64,000 nt of DNA from Octopus vulgaris (GCA_951406725.2 OX597830.1:50530001-50594000); one strand, 5' to 3'; counted from the first letter of the stretch, positions 13,912-27,383 are shown. Program-made: numbers and translations. The notes: generated from the letters alone by a model not told the origin.

Positions 13912-14477
13912 ATTTAGACAAATTCAACCTTCTCTCTACAAAAGAGAGTCCATCTCCCGTGATTAAGAATTTTCAACAATAAGAAGCTCATCTCAAAGAG
14001 AAAAACTTTTGATCAAAGATATTCCATCAGTGAATATCACGCTTTAAGTACCTCATGAATTATACTTATTAATTAGTGTAGTGGGGAAAAATTGTTGACA
14101 TAAAATATTGCTTAACCTTAAACCAGCCTCGATTGAACAGGCCTATAATAAAAAGACATTCCAAACGTGACCATCCCGTTCCTAACGTTTTATTAATTAA
14201 TTCCGTTAATTAGCGTAGTGAAAAAGTTGTCGATAGGTAATGTATTGTTTAGCTCTAGATCAATCCTGATCAAGCAGGCTTATGATCAAAGGTGTCCCAG
14301 CTGCGACCATCCCATTTGCTCCTATGTCTAAGTAATCAAGCACTACCTAATCCAGTGCATCCATTTCTAAGACGCTCAGGTTTGACTTGAGCGAAATTTA
14401 GCTGCTCTTTCTCCGATATCAAGTGACTACATAGAGGTACCGTGGTAGTCAGTTTTCTTATAGTTACTACCAAATTA

Positions 14478-15009
14478 TTGGGTTGTCCGGAAAGTTCTTG
14501 CCGATTTTTAAAGGAAAGAAAAAGGTCAATAAAAACATGCCATTACATTCTTAATCAACCAAATATGAACCATTTTGTTGCACAATGCGTTTCCATCTTT
14601 CCTGAGGTGGTTTCATGGCAAATAATTCATCAAGGTATCTTTTTATGTCATCCAAGGAATTGAAATTTTTACCATTAAGATTATTCTGCAGAGACCTGAA
14701 TAAGTGGAAATCTGAAGGAGCAATACATGGTGAATATGGAGAGTGGGGTAACACATCCCAGCTGAGCTGCAGCAATTTTTGTCTGGTTCCCAAAGCATCA
14801 AGTGCCGAAAATGAACTTTCTTATCTTCCATTTTAAAAGGTTACAGAATTAACACAGGTTATAGGAACATAAACCTTCTTCCACGAATAGATAGCTTAAA
14901 CTTCTAAATGGAGGTGTAGTCAAATCCTATTTTATGGACTCAACCATGTTCTAAAATAAGTCGAAAGGTAAGCTGCTTTAAATCGGCACGAACTTTCCGG
15001 ACAACCCAA
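14478..15009 (-). mobile_element. Complete non-autonomous mariner (internal-deletion derivative), 532 bp
   Basis: 30-bp TIRs ttgggttgtccggaaagttc(t/g)tgccgattt with 1 mismatch. TA TSD at 14476-14477 and 15010-15011. The minus strand has N-terminus MEDKKVHFRHLMLWE joined to C-terminus LSWDVLPHSPYSPCIAPSDFHLFRSLQN..ERWKRIVQQNGSYLVD*. Confidence 0.93.
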
Positions 15010-15059
15010 TAGATACTCTGTCTGTTTACCGACATCACGTCACAAACTGTTCAATTCCC

Positions 15060-15365
15060 TTGCAGTCGATGAGTATTTTAAGATACTCCAAACACATCAC
15101 AGCCAACATGACAGCGGAATACCCACTCTCCGATATACATTGGACAGGAGTATTCCATTTATATTACAACCGATAAAACGCTGAAGTACTCACTGCACTA
15201 GACAGTGGAGTACTCGTACGACAGTGGAGTACTCATACACATGAAGCAGAAGTACTCCCCTCACATTACAGCCAATAGGACACTAGGGTACTATTCTCCG
15301 ACAAACATTTAACTGAAGTACTATATATACATTGCAGCTAATACGACACAAGAGTACTCACCCCC
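15060..15365. repeat. Degenerate minisatellite built around (g/a)agtactc
   Basis: About 9 recurrences of gagtact/aagtact-like motifs, several preceded by acattacagccaata-like sequence. Confidence 0.55.
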
Positions 15366-15619
15366 TTACCTACAATTAATAATACGATATTGTTTTCTTC
15401 ACAACGCGGGAAATAGCATTAAAATTTTTCTCCTTCAATGAAACAATTAAAACCCGTCATTGCCTCATTATGTCCACGCACCTACACACACACACACTTG
15501 CGCGCAAGCACGCAAACAGGCACACACACACACACACACATGCATGCATACAAACACATACATACATACACAACTAGCTAGATAGATTGATAGATAGATA
15601 GACAGACATAGGTAGATAG

Positions 15620-15655
<36 letters not shown>

Positions 15656-15999
15656 TGTTCGTTCCCGTCTGGGCTATGAAAGGTCTTTGTATATTTTTGT
15701 TGGTCGTAATTAAACCAATATGAAATTCCCGACGAAGAGCTTTTTGTTTTTGTCTTTGGAATTAATTAGACTCCGAAACAATTTGTAGAATTTATATTGG
15801 ATTCGTACCAATCTGGATTATGAATTAAAGATCGTCTACACCTACAATTTTTTCCTTTCTCTATACTTCATTTATTGTTTTTGCAAATATTGAATATATA
15901 TTTTTTTATATATATTCTTTGCTTGGACTTTGTTGCTTGGACTGCACTGGCGGACTTGGATGTTTGACATCCCTCTGAAGGATTTCAGTACTCATCTCT

Positions 16000-16070
<71 letters not shown>

Positions 16071-16126
16071 AGATAAATAAATAGATAGATAGATGGAGGA
16101 CATAGATAGATTGATAAATAAATACA

Positions 16127-16258
<132 letters not shown>

Positions 16259-16554
16259 GCTGATAAACATGTGCGTGTGCATGTGTACAAACACAAGCAA
16301 GTACACACATATATACATAGAGCGAAAAACAGAAAGTGAACAAACACATGCTTACGTGATATATATATATGTATATACTAGCTGTATATGCATATACACA
16401 CACTGAACAAGTTGACTCAGCAGTCGTTATAGTGGCATCAACAGTAAAATGATCACTTCATATTAAAAGTGCTTTTAAATAATGACATTTTCCCACACAT
16501 AGACACACAGACACAAACAGACACACGCGCACACCTGCGCATGTATGAATGCCT

Positions 16555-16725
<171 letters not shown>

Positions 16726-17112
16726 ACCTTGCTCCATCAGTCTCTCTTTCTTTCTCTCTGTCAGCATCTCAATAACTGCCTTACATACGTTCTCCTTACA
16801 CAAACACATTTATACACACTTACACACACACATCTACTCTCACAGTAGCACTTACATGTATCTAAGCACACAAGTATAAACGGCTTTCACTCAAGTCCAA
16901 TGCATTCGCCATTTACCGCAATCGATTTTGTAGAGCCATTAGCCATCCTATTTTGCCATTTTACACCTACTAACGATCTTATTTACGCAGATATTTCTCT
17001 TATCTACCCAAGCAGGGAACTTGGTTTCCGATATGCACATACATACATACATACATGCATACATACATACATACACGCACACGTATATATATATATATAC
17101 ATATATATATAC

Positions 17113-17195
<83 letters not shown>

Positions 17196-17367
17196 TATAT
17201 GCATGAATGTATGTGTGTGTATATATATATATACACACACATACATATGCAAATATATATATGTAATTATTTCTGTCTTTTTCTCTCTTTTGTCTTTCGC
17301 TCTCCCTCTCTCTCTCTGTATATATATATATATATGTAATATACAAACATATAAACATGTGCATATA

Positions 17368-17400
<33 letters not shown>

Positions 17401-17519
17401 CACATGTATGTATGCATGCATGTATGTGTATGTGTGTATGTATACCATATTGAGTCAAAAGTTTTCAATATTTTGTTAACTTATTTACCTTCACTGCTCA
17501 AGTTTCACCAAAAGCAACC

Positions 17520-18200
17520 TAGCATTGAAGTTGAGGCGACCGTGTTGCACTCCGTGGCACCACATTTCTTCCAGTCCTTTGATCCTACATTGATTCCAGT
17601 CCTTTACCTTCTAGGCGAAGAAGAACTTCACTGAATCCTCACCAACTCTCGGTTATTGAAGCGGCGCGAGTACAGGAAGTGAGCCATGGAGCGCAACATG
17701 TAATAATGATCCGAGGCAGTTAGTTCCAGACTATTTGCTGGTTGTGGAATCAGTTCCAGTCCCTGAAGCTCTTTGAGTTTATTCCAGGTGGTTCGAGTGG
17801 TATAAAATCTTGCGCAGTCTTAGTGCAGAAGAGCTCGCTTTCTATTAACAAATGCCAGGTATTTTTGCCGTGCAGTGCCATACATCCATGATGCCGCTCT
17901 CACCTCATATTCCCCGAGTGTTCGTTGCCAGATCTGCCTCGTTGACTTAGGGCACGAACTCAGAGTCCACTACTGTTTTATGTCTACCTGACCTTTCTTG
18001 ATCGCTGAGGTTCTTGCAGCGGAGCGAAAGTTTTGAACCATCTAATTATTGGACTGTAATCAACTTCTCCTTCAACTTTTACACAGGTGCTTTTAGTTGC
18101 ATTGGCAGCGTTAAGGCTCAGTTCGAAATCGTGAAGCTTATGCTTTTCCGAATTAGACAACGTTCCACGTTCATCTGTGTGGCCTTCAAATCATATACAG
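17520..18200 (-). mobile_element. mariner transposase remnant, internally deleted and decayed
   Basis: Minus strand has HTH-region pieces (IRWFK, KNLSDQERSGRHKTV), then NRKRALLH*DCARFYT..KLKELQGLELIPQPANSLELTASDHYYMLRSMAHFL. The latter are degenerate HDNARPH and HPAYSPDLAPSD motifs. Confidence 0.75.
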
Positions 18201-18219
18201 AGTGAAACCATGCACAATG

Positions 18220-18414
18220 TGTATGTGCCAACGCACCAAGTACCATAATACATTTGACTCGCCTCCTTTTACTCACTTTTGCCAGCTGAGTGGACTGAGC
18301 AACGTGAAATGAAGTGTTTTTGCTCAAGAACACAACGCGTCGCACGGTCCACGAATCGAAACCACAATCTTACGATCATGATGCTGACACCCTAACCACT
18401 AAGTCGCGCACCTC

Positions 18415-18415
<1 letters not shown>
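18220..18415 (-). mobile_element. SINE family C copy
   Basis: Reverse complement of the head and core seen at 12083-12645. Confidence 0.8.
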
Positions 18416-18445
<30 letters not shown>

Positions 18446-19588
18446 GTATACATATATACATATATATATATACATATACATACATATATATATATATGTG
18501 CCCGTGTGTGTGTGTGTGTGTATTTCTGTGTGTCTGTGCATGTCGGTATGGTATGACTTACATGTGAATATAAGTGTGTATATTGTATTAGACGCGCATA
18601 TGTGTGTGTGTGGGGGGCGTAGGCACGAATGCTTATTTGTATGAATATAGTATGTACATATAGATTATAATATGAAGAATGTATAGTATTGTTATAGTAT
18701 TACCAAGTATTTATTTCGGACATTGTAGAATTAATTTCAAGATTGAAAGGACTCAATACAGGTTAACAGGAAATAAGAATTTATTGTGAAAATCTGAAGG
18801 TTCAGTACTTCCAACACAGGATTAATATTTTGTTCCAGCCGGGAATATTCAAACTGTTACAGGTTTTAAGAAGTGGAGATAATGGTATTTATACGTAATT
18901 TATACTTAAATTTTTACCATAATATTTTAATTTATTATGAAGCATTTATGTATGTTGGTTTGTTGTGGTGTATATGTGCCTATTTGTGTGTCAGAGTCTA
19001 TGTATATGTAAAGAAGCAGGTGAATAGTTAATTGAGTCTAAGATTTTAAATCTATTTCTTTGCTATTGATATTAGAGTAATTGAAGATTCCATACGACAA
19101 AGAAGAAAGGTGGAGTTACGACGAAGGCAACTGTCGGTGACATATAGCCTTTGACATACGAACTCAACTTTTATGCAAACTGCTATCAATAACAAAGAAA
19201 TATATTTCAATTTCAGAGTCAATTAACTCTCCACCTGCTTTTATGTACACACTGGTTTAAATATATACACACACACACACACATACAAACGGATTTGCGC
19301 GCAAACATTTAGACGAACACATTGAAACGTACCACACATCCAGAATCAAGTAATATACGGAACTGGAAAATGAATGAAGAATACAGAAGAAAATGAAGGA
19401 ACCAGGATTCCCTTCATTGGAAATTCTTCTCAAACCGGCCACACTATCTTAAAGATTATTCGATGCCTTTACCATTGTCCTAATGTTGTTTCAATCTGAA
19501 AATCCCTAACAGCGATGAAACTCTTGGTCACTACGATACACGAAACGGAAATTTATCACAATGTATATGAGTATATATATTATATATA

Positions 19589-20154
19589 GGCGCAGGAGTG
19601 GCTGTGTGGTAAGTAGCTTGCTTACCAACCACATGGTTCTGGGTTCAGTCCCACTGCGTGACACCTTGGGTTAGTGTCTTCTGCTATAGCCTCGGGCCGA
19701 CCGATGCCTTGTAAGTGGATTTGGTAGACGGAAACTGAAAGAAGCCTGTCGTATATATGTATATATATGTATGTATGTGTCTGTGTTTGTCCCTCTAGCG
19801 TTGCTTGACAACCGATGCTGGTGTGTTTACGTCCCCGTCACTTAGAGGTTCGGCAAAAGAGACCGATAGAATAAGTACTGGGTTTACAAAGAATAAGTCC
19901 AGGGGTCGAGTTGCTCGACTAAAGGCAGTGCTCCAGCATGGCCGCAGTCAAATGACTGAAACAAGTAAAAGAGTAAAAGAGTAAACATATAGGCGTAGGA
20001 GTGGCTGTGTGGTAAGTAGCTTGCTTACCAACCACATGGTTCTGGGTTCAGTCCCACTGCGTGACACCTTGGGCAAGAGTCTTCTACTATAGCCTCGGGC
20101 CGACCAAAGCCTTGTGAATGGATTTGGTAGACGGAAACTGGAAGAAGCCCATCG

Positions 20155-20185
<31 letters not shown>

Positions 20186-20405
20186 TATGTATGTATATGT
20201 TTGTATGTCTGTGTTTGTCCCCCCCCCCAACATCGCTTGACAACCGATGCTGGTGTGTTTACATCCCGTCACTTAGCGGTTCGGCAAGAGAGACTGATAG
20301 AATAAGTACAAAGAATAAGTCCTGGGGTCGATTTGCTCGACTAAACGCGGTGCTCCAGCATGGCCGCAATCAAATGACTGAAACAAATAAAAGAATAAAC
20401 GAATA
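19589..20405 (+). mobile_element. Two full-length SINE family A copies head-to-tail (19589-19985, 19992-20405)
   Basis: Each starts ggcg(c/t)aggagtggctgtgtggtaag (A box) and has gggttcagtccc (B box), an internal (TA)/(TG) microsatellite and a 3' end caaatgactgaaacaa plus A-rich tail. Confidence 0.92.
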
Positions 20406-20418
20406 TAGATATGGTTGC

Positions 20419-20458
<40 letters not shown>

Positions 20459-20901
20459 GTGTGTGTGTATACATATGTTTATGTATGTGTGTGCGTATAT
20501 AAATATTTATGTGCGTATATATGTATAAATTTGTTAGTACAAACAAGTTAAATAGTGCACAAAATATAAGCATATTCATGTATACAGACAGACAGACACA
20601 TGTGTGCTAGAATGTATATGTATATGTACATATATACATACGTATTTGTACTTATGTATGCGTAGTCATAAAGCAGATATGTACGTGGGAGTGAGTTTAC
20701 ATGTATATTTGTATGTAAATATATGTCTGTTGTGTTTGGGCGAGTATCTTTTTCCTTCAACCAGTAACCCGATCTGAAATTATCTAATGAAAGTGAAATA
20801 ATTACATTAACGAAAAGACGTGAGAGTCATTTAAACCGACCTCAGCGCTGACACGATTCCACAGCATTCGGGCTTCAGTGAAGCAAAGAAATTATAGTCT
20901 C

Positions 20902-20952
<51 letters not shown>

Positions 20953-21524
20953 CACGCACGCACGCACCCCATCCAAAACCACCTGCTTACTGTGTCTAAA
21001 GCCAAACCATAATTGTGACAGCGTATACACCTGCAACAGGCTTATGTCATAGAAATACCATGATCTAACGCACGACTTCCTATCGCTGTTTCAAGAACTG
21101 AAGCACTTGATTCGAAACATCTCAACTACTTTCCAAGTCCTTGACAAATATAATTCCACGTTGCTTGTTGAATTCTTTGTTTTCAAGTAGAAACCACTCA
21201 TTGTTCCTCTCAAAGCACAACTCTTTGAAGATAGTATTGTTTCATGTCCAAGTGATACAATTTCTTAATTCACACTTGTTAGTTCCTCTCTAATTATACT
21301 TTAGAATTCCCCCTACAACTTTTCGACTTCACTTAAAGAGCTGTTTTTAAGAATTTAGTAACAGACTTTCAAACATGATCTGACCTTTGACTTCGAATTT
21401 GACGCACTTGGACACACAAACTCGTCAAACAACTATTTCACATGGTAATATGTACCTATATACGTTTATATATCTGTGTATGTATGCATGTATGTATATA
21501 TATACATCATATATACATTATTCT

Positions 21525-21649
<125 letters not shown>

Positions 21650-21929
21650 TATGCATGTATGAAAGAAATATGTGTGTATTCCCTCGAGGGAAGCGCCGTG
21701 ATAAGCCAATTCCTCTCCAAATTTCAAGACAGCTATCTCTTTCAGAGAGAGAGAGAGAAGGAAAGGGTAGGAGAAGTATCGACCATATGCCTAAATATAT
21801 ATGTGTATGTGTTTATGTGTATCCACAAGTAAAAACCAAGAATATTACTAAATACAATAGCTGTACGTTGTTTCCGAGAGTGTACGTGTTAATCGAAATC
21901 ACTTACAGTGAAAAAAACCTCTTAGTGAT

Positions 21930-22125
21930 ATCAGTTTCAAATTTTAACACAAGGCCAGCAACTTCTAGATTAGGTAGACCCACGTGCTTAAATGGTGCTT
22001 CATTTATCGACGTCGAATGGATGAAAGGCAAAGTCAACCTCAGTGGAATTTGAACTCAGAACGTTTAGACGGGCGAAATGCTTCTTGCCTGGTGTGCTAA
22101 CGATTCTGCCAATTCAACGTCTTAG
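21930..22125 (-). mobile_element. SINE family B, diverged
   Basis: ggatgaaaggcaaagtcaacctcagtggaatttgaactcagaacg core on the reverse strand. Confidence 0.75.
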
Positions 22126-22869
22126 GATATTAGGATATTAAAAACAACAAATCATGAAAAAACGTTTAAACATCTATTGAAACGATGATAATAAATACCA
22201 TTATTCTACATGAGTATATAAGCATGTATGTGTGTGTGTGTGTGCACGCGCGTGCGTGTAATCCGCTCGTTCGAACGCCCGTTATACTTTTGTTAGAAAG
22301 GTGGGGGTGGAATGAGTGAGAGGTAGAGTGAAAGTGTGTGTGTGTGTGTAAGGGAGAGAGAGTGAGAGAGAGGAAGGTGAGGATTGTGCGAGGAAGAAGT
22401 AGAGAAAGAGGTATAATACGACCAAATATGTCACGAGGTTAGTTGAAGAGAGAGGCGAAAAGCGAAAGTAAAAGACAGTGAGAGAAAAGAGGGTGAGAGA
22501 AATGCTTACGTCGTGCTGTAGGGTGGGAATGAACGGTAAAGAGAAAGAGATATGTTTAAGATACAATATTTAGCAGAAGATAATGTTCTTGTAATGCGTT
22601 TAAATAAAAGCCAGATAAAGAGAGATGGACAGGAGAGGCAGTTACGGGAAAGTGAGAGGTGAAGAGAAAGAGAGAAAGAGAGAGAGAGAGAGAGAAAGAG
22701 AGAGATAGAGAGAAAGAGAGAGAGAGAGAGAAATAAATATAAAGTGCTTAGTAGAGGAAAATTTTAAAATATAAAATCGTTTGTTTTATTACCTTCCGCT
22801 CTATCTTTGCGTATGTCCAGTTCTATAGACATTCTTTGTTGTCTTCTTTATACCCTCATCTTGTGATGC

Positions 22870-24370
22870 CTCAGAACCCCACGGCCTTTATTTTGTTAGG
22901 TGGGGAGAGCTTTCCTTGTTTCCTCCTGGGAGGATAATTAATTTCTTTGGAGTTGTTACTGGTGATGTTGCCGGTACTGGCGTTGTTTGTGGTTCTCGTC
23001 CCGGTGTAGATGGCAGTGGATGCCTTTGTACCAGTTGCGGGCAGCGAGCTCGCGAATGAGTGGTTTCTCAATACGCGAAACAATGAGGCCTTTTGCCCTG
23101 AGACATGATATGTATCACTATACCGTTGTGAAGACGGATGTGATCCGGGTTTTTCTTTGTTTTCGGGTTTGATCTGGAGAAGTATCTCCAGGTCAACACT
23201 GGACCAGTCCTCCCTGGCAGTTCATGTCGCCTCTATCGAGACAGTATCCGTCCCCTCCACGATTACGCATCCCAGAAGCCACCAAATATCTAGTCCTGAT
23301 GGAATTCTAGGAATGCGGACAAGGGCTGTACGTGTCCCCAAGTGGGAGTGGTACATGATGACTTTTCTAGTTTTGTAGGGGGTTATTGAATGTTTCATAG
23401 TGAAGGCTTCTGACTTAAACAGCACCGAACTAGTGCCGTATTGTTTGTATTCGATGTCATTTCTGATGCACCTCAGCGCCACCTCAATATCTACTTGGGC
23501 TATTAAAGCCGCACTTTACGCGTTCACTGACATACATCTGAAAAGCACCGTTCGTCTCTTCACTGCTCCAATTGCCTTTGATGGGACAGTCAGGTCAGCC
23601 CAAGTCTTCTCTTGTTTAATTATTTTCCATGCCTGTGGTAGCATCTACTCCCTATTTGTGAGGTCTACGGTAAAGCAGTGTTTTGTTCTTCGCTACTACT
23701 GTGGCTACTGTTGCGAACGTATTTTGTTATTGTTATTGGTATTGTTCTTGTTGTTGTTTTTGCTGTTGTTACTATTGCTACTGCCATTGTTGTCGTTGTT
23801 CTTTATCAATGTTGTTGGTATTGGTTTTGTTGTCGTTGCTGTTGACATTTTTGCTCTCGTTGTTGTTGTTACTATCGCTACTGCCGCTGCTGTTGCTGTC
23901 TTTTCGTGGTTGTTGTTGCTATCACTACTACTACAGCTGCGGCTGCTACTGTTATTTCTACCGTTTTTAGTGTTTCTGCTACTATTGTTGTTACTGTTAC
24001 TTGGATTTTTAGCATGACAGTCTTATTTTCCTCTTCCTCCCCTTCCTCTGAATTGTTGCCTGTAGTGGGGGGAAGGGGAGGAAAGTCTTCATCCATTACC
24101 ATATTGGTAGGAGGGTTTGCTTTATTTTTTCTCAACTCTTGTTCAGTTGTATTTGATTCAATTAAATTCAACGCACACCGAAATAATTTAGGGGCCGAAA
24201 ATCGCTCCTCTGAGGGCTCCACAACCACAATAAACTAGTAACAGGTCCCTGGTGTTTCTATTAACAACTTGGAATAAAATAGTTATTGCAAAACAACACC
24301 AGTCCTGGTGTAGATAATTATTTTGAAGTGGACTAACCTGGAGCGTTCGGAAATATTACTGATGTGTTCC
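22870..24370 (-). mobile_element. ORF1 (gag-like) remnant and 5' region of a LINE, probably L1/Tx1-type
   Basis: A long interrupted minus-strand frame (MDEDFPPLPP..; AVKRRTVLFRC..; ALVRIPRIPSGLDIWWL..) ends, after a frameshift, in PDHIRLHNGIVIHIMSQGKRPHCFAY*ETTHSRARCP. That is CX2CX4HX4C zinc-knuckle spacing at 23041-23082 with C>Y and G>stop. A trinucleotide-rich insert lies at 23690-24000. Clade assignment is inference. Confidence 0.6.
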
Positions 24371-24393
24371 GCTGAAAATATAATGATAATAAA

Positions 24394-24439
<46 letters not shown>

Positions 24440-24502
24440 TTAATAATAATAATTATAATAATAATAATGTTAATAATAATAACAATAATAATAATAATAA
24501 TG

Positions 24503-24547
<45 letters not shown>

Positions 24548-24694
24548 TTAATGTTAATAATAATAATTATAATAATAATAACAATAATAATAATAATAAT
24601 GATAATAATAATAATAGCAATAATAATGTTAATAATAATAATTATAATAATAATAATGTTAATAATAATAACAATAATAACAATAATAATGATG

Positions 24695-24825
<131 letters not shown>

Positions 24826-24838
24826 GATAATAATAATA

Positions 24839-25092
24839 GAGTGCCATTGTTATCTAGTGAACGATATTTCGACATCTCGTGCGTCTTCAACTGATTCAAA
24901 AGATAAATTTCGACACTGTTCACTAGATAACAATGGCACTCTTCTTGTAATTTTGATTCTATATCTTCAGGAGGAGTTACCTCAATCCTTTATATATCAA
25001 CCAAAATGAATTTGATTGACAAATTTATTTTTTGAACCAGTTGAAGACACACGAGATGTCGAAATATCGTTCACTAGATAACAATGGCACTC
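24839..25092. mobile_element. MITE-like foldback element with ~72-bp inverted arms (copy 1)
   Basis: gagtgccattgttatctagtgaacgatatttcgacatctcgtg... at 24839 and its reverse complement ending ...cactagataacaatggcactc at 25092. TSD not clear. Confidence 0.75.
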
Positions 25093-25094
25093 AG

Positions 25095-26630
25095 TATGCA
25101 TGATAGAGAAACATTTCATAAACTCTCAAATACAATCCAAAATAGAAAACAAATTAGAATTGGAAACCGTGTAATAAAAGAAATAATATAAGAACTAAAA
25201 CCAGATCTTGAGGAATTTAACGAAATTATTTACGCAGCATCTAAGACAATTGAACCCAGCTGTATGCCTCTGAAAAAAAAGAAAGAAAGAAATACAAACC
25301 CGAGAAGAATTCCAAACTGGAAAAATAAAATTGAAAAAGAGATTGAAATAATGAGAGGTGAAATATTAATATTGAATGAACTAATCTGTGGAAACGATGT
25401 AAAATCGAGAAAAGGAAGAAAGATGAAGAGAAAACATAGATTCTCAACAAGAGAAGAACTGCTTTTAGCAAAAGAAACCCTGCAACAATATGTCCAAGCA
25501 AAATGAAAGAGGATACGAAGATTTGAGAAGAGAAACAAATTTTACAAGCAAAATAAGCTGTTCACATCCAATGCGAAAACATTCTACAGAGAAACAAGGA
25601 GAAAATAAACCGTTGAAGACCCTTCCCCCTACCATTGAAGAAGTTGAAAACTTCTGGAAAAATATCTGGATTGATAAAAAGACAATGAAAATGCGAACTC
25701 GATTAGGCGCACCGAAGAATCCTATCAAAATTTACCAGAACAAGCGTGGGAAGACCTCACAATACCGGACCTAAATATGACACTTACGAAGAAAGTGGAA
25801 ACCCCCTGGTAATGATAGGGAGCAAAATTTCTGGCTCGCATCGCTCCAGGGCACACACGAAACGTTAGTCCAGTTATTCAATGAAATTATGAGTGATCCT
25901 AGAAAAAAACCCCGATTGTATTACTTACTAACTCCCTAAGAATAATAAAACCAAATTTCCCCAAAACGATCATCCCATAACATGTCTACCTACTACGTAT
26001 AACATTTTAGCATCCATTTTATACGTGGAGAAACATAGAAATTTATAGAAGAGAATATTTCCCCACTGAACTAAAAAGGGTGCCTACGAGGCTCATATGG
26101 ATGCAAAGAACAACGACACTTAATCGCATGGTGCTTGGGGACTGCTATAACAAACGCAGAAATTTCAGTTCCGCATGGATTGATTATAAAAAGGCTTTTG
26201 ACAGCATACAGCATTCATGAGCCTTAAAATCGCTGGACATCGTCAAAATTTCTCCTGTGATTTCAAAATTCCTGAAGCACAACATATCAGTGTGGAACAG
26301 AAATCCCCAATTATGTCATTCTAATGGTCTACTGACGCCACAAAATATAATATCAACTGCGGCATTTTGCAAGATGACTCACTTTCATCCTTAATTTTTC
26401 GCATAGCCCTAATACCCCTTACAAGTGAACTTAACTGAATGGCGTATGGGTATAAAATTGGCGACAAGAAAATAAGTCATCTATTTTATATGGTGACTTA
26501 AAACTCTATGGCAAAGAAGATAATGAGGCTTGAAGGGTTACTACGTACTGTGAAAGTATCTAGTGATGACACCGGGATGCATATTGGTTACTGTTACTTG
26601 ATAAATGCACCGAGGCCACGTTTAGAAAGA
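25095..26630 (+). mobile_element. RLE-type (Dong/R4-like) LINE reverse transcriptase fragment, decayed
   Basis: Recognisable motifs across frameshifts: KWKPPGND..NFWL, PITCLPTTY, RGSYGCKEQ, SAWIDYKKAFDS, LQDDSLS (QGDSLS), ISHLFYM..LKLYGK (YMDD motif damaged). Confidence 0.85.
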
Positions 26631-26642
26631 GAAAATATAATG

Positions 26643-26705
<63 letters not shown>

Positions 26706-26768
26706 TTAATAATAATAATTATAATAATAATAATGTTAATAATAATAACAATAATAATAATAATAATG

Positions 26769-26813
<45 letters not shown>

Positions 26814-26960
26814 TTAATGTTAATAATAATAATTATAATAATAATAACAATAATAATAATAATAATGATAATAATAATAATAGCAATAATAATGTTAATA
26901 ATAATAATTATAATAATAATAATGTTAATAATAATAACAATAATAACAATAATAATGATG

Positions 26961-27115
<155 letters not shown>

Positions 27116-27128
27116 GATAATAATAATA

Positions 27129-27381
27129 GAGTGCCATTGTTATCTAGTGAACGATATTTCGACATCTCGTGCGTCTTCAACTGATTCAAAAGATAAATTT
27201 CGACACTGTTCACTAGATAACAATGGCACTCTTCTTGTAATTTTGATTCTATATCTTCAGGAGGAGTTACCTCAATCCTTTATATATCAACCAAAATGAA
27301 TTTGATTGACAAATTTATTTTTGAACCAGTTGAAGACACACGAGATGTCGAAATATCGTTCACTAGATAACAATGGCACTC
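27129..27381. mobile_element. MITE-like foldback element (copy 2, in the duplicated unit)
   Basis: Near-identical to 24839-25092. Confidence 0.75.
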
Positions 27382-27383
27382 AG

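Noticed and set aside
21380-21392. Nuclear-receptor DR1-like site (AAGTCA-A-AGGTCA on the minus strand)
   Set aside because: A single short motif is expected by chance in 64 kb, and there is no promoter context.
23400-24017. 205-aa hydrophobic plus-strand ORF as a membrane protein
   Set aside because: It is antisense to the LINE ORF1 remnant, and the Leu/Val runs come from (TTG/CTG) trinucleotide repeats.
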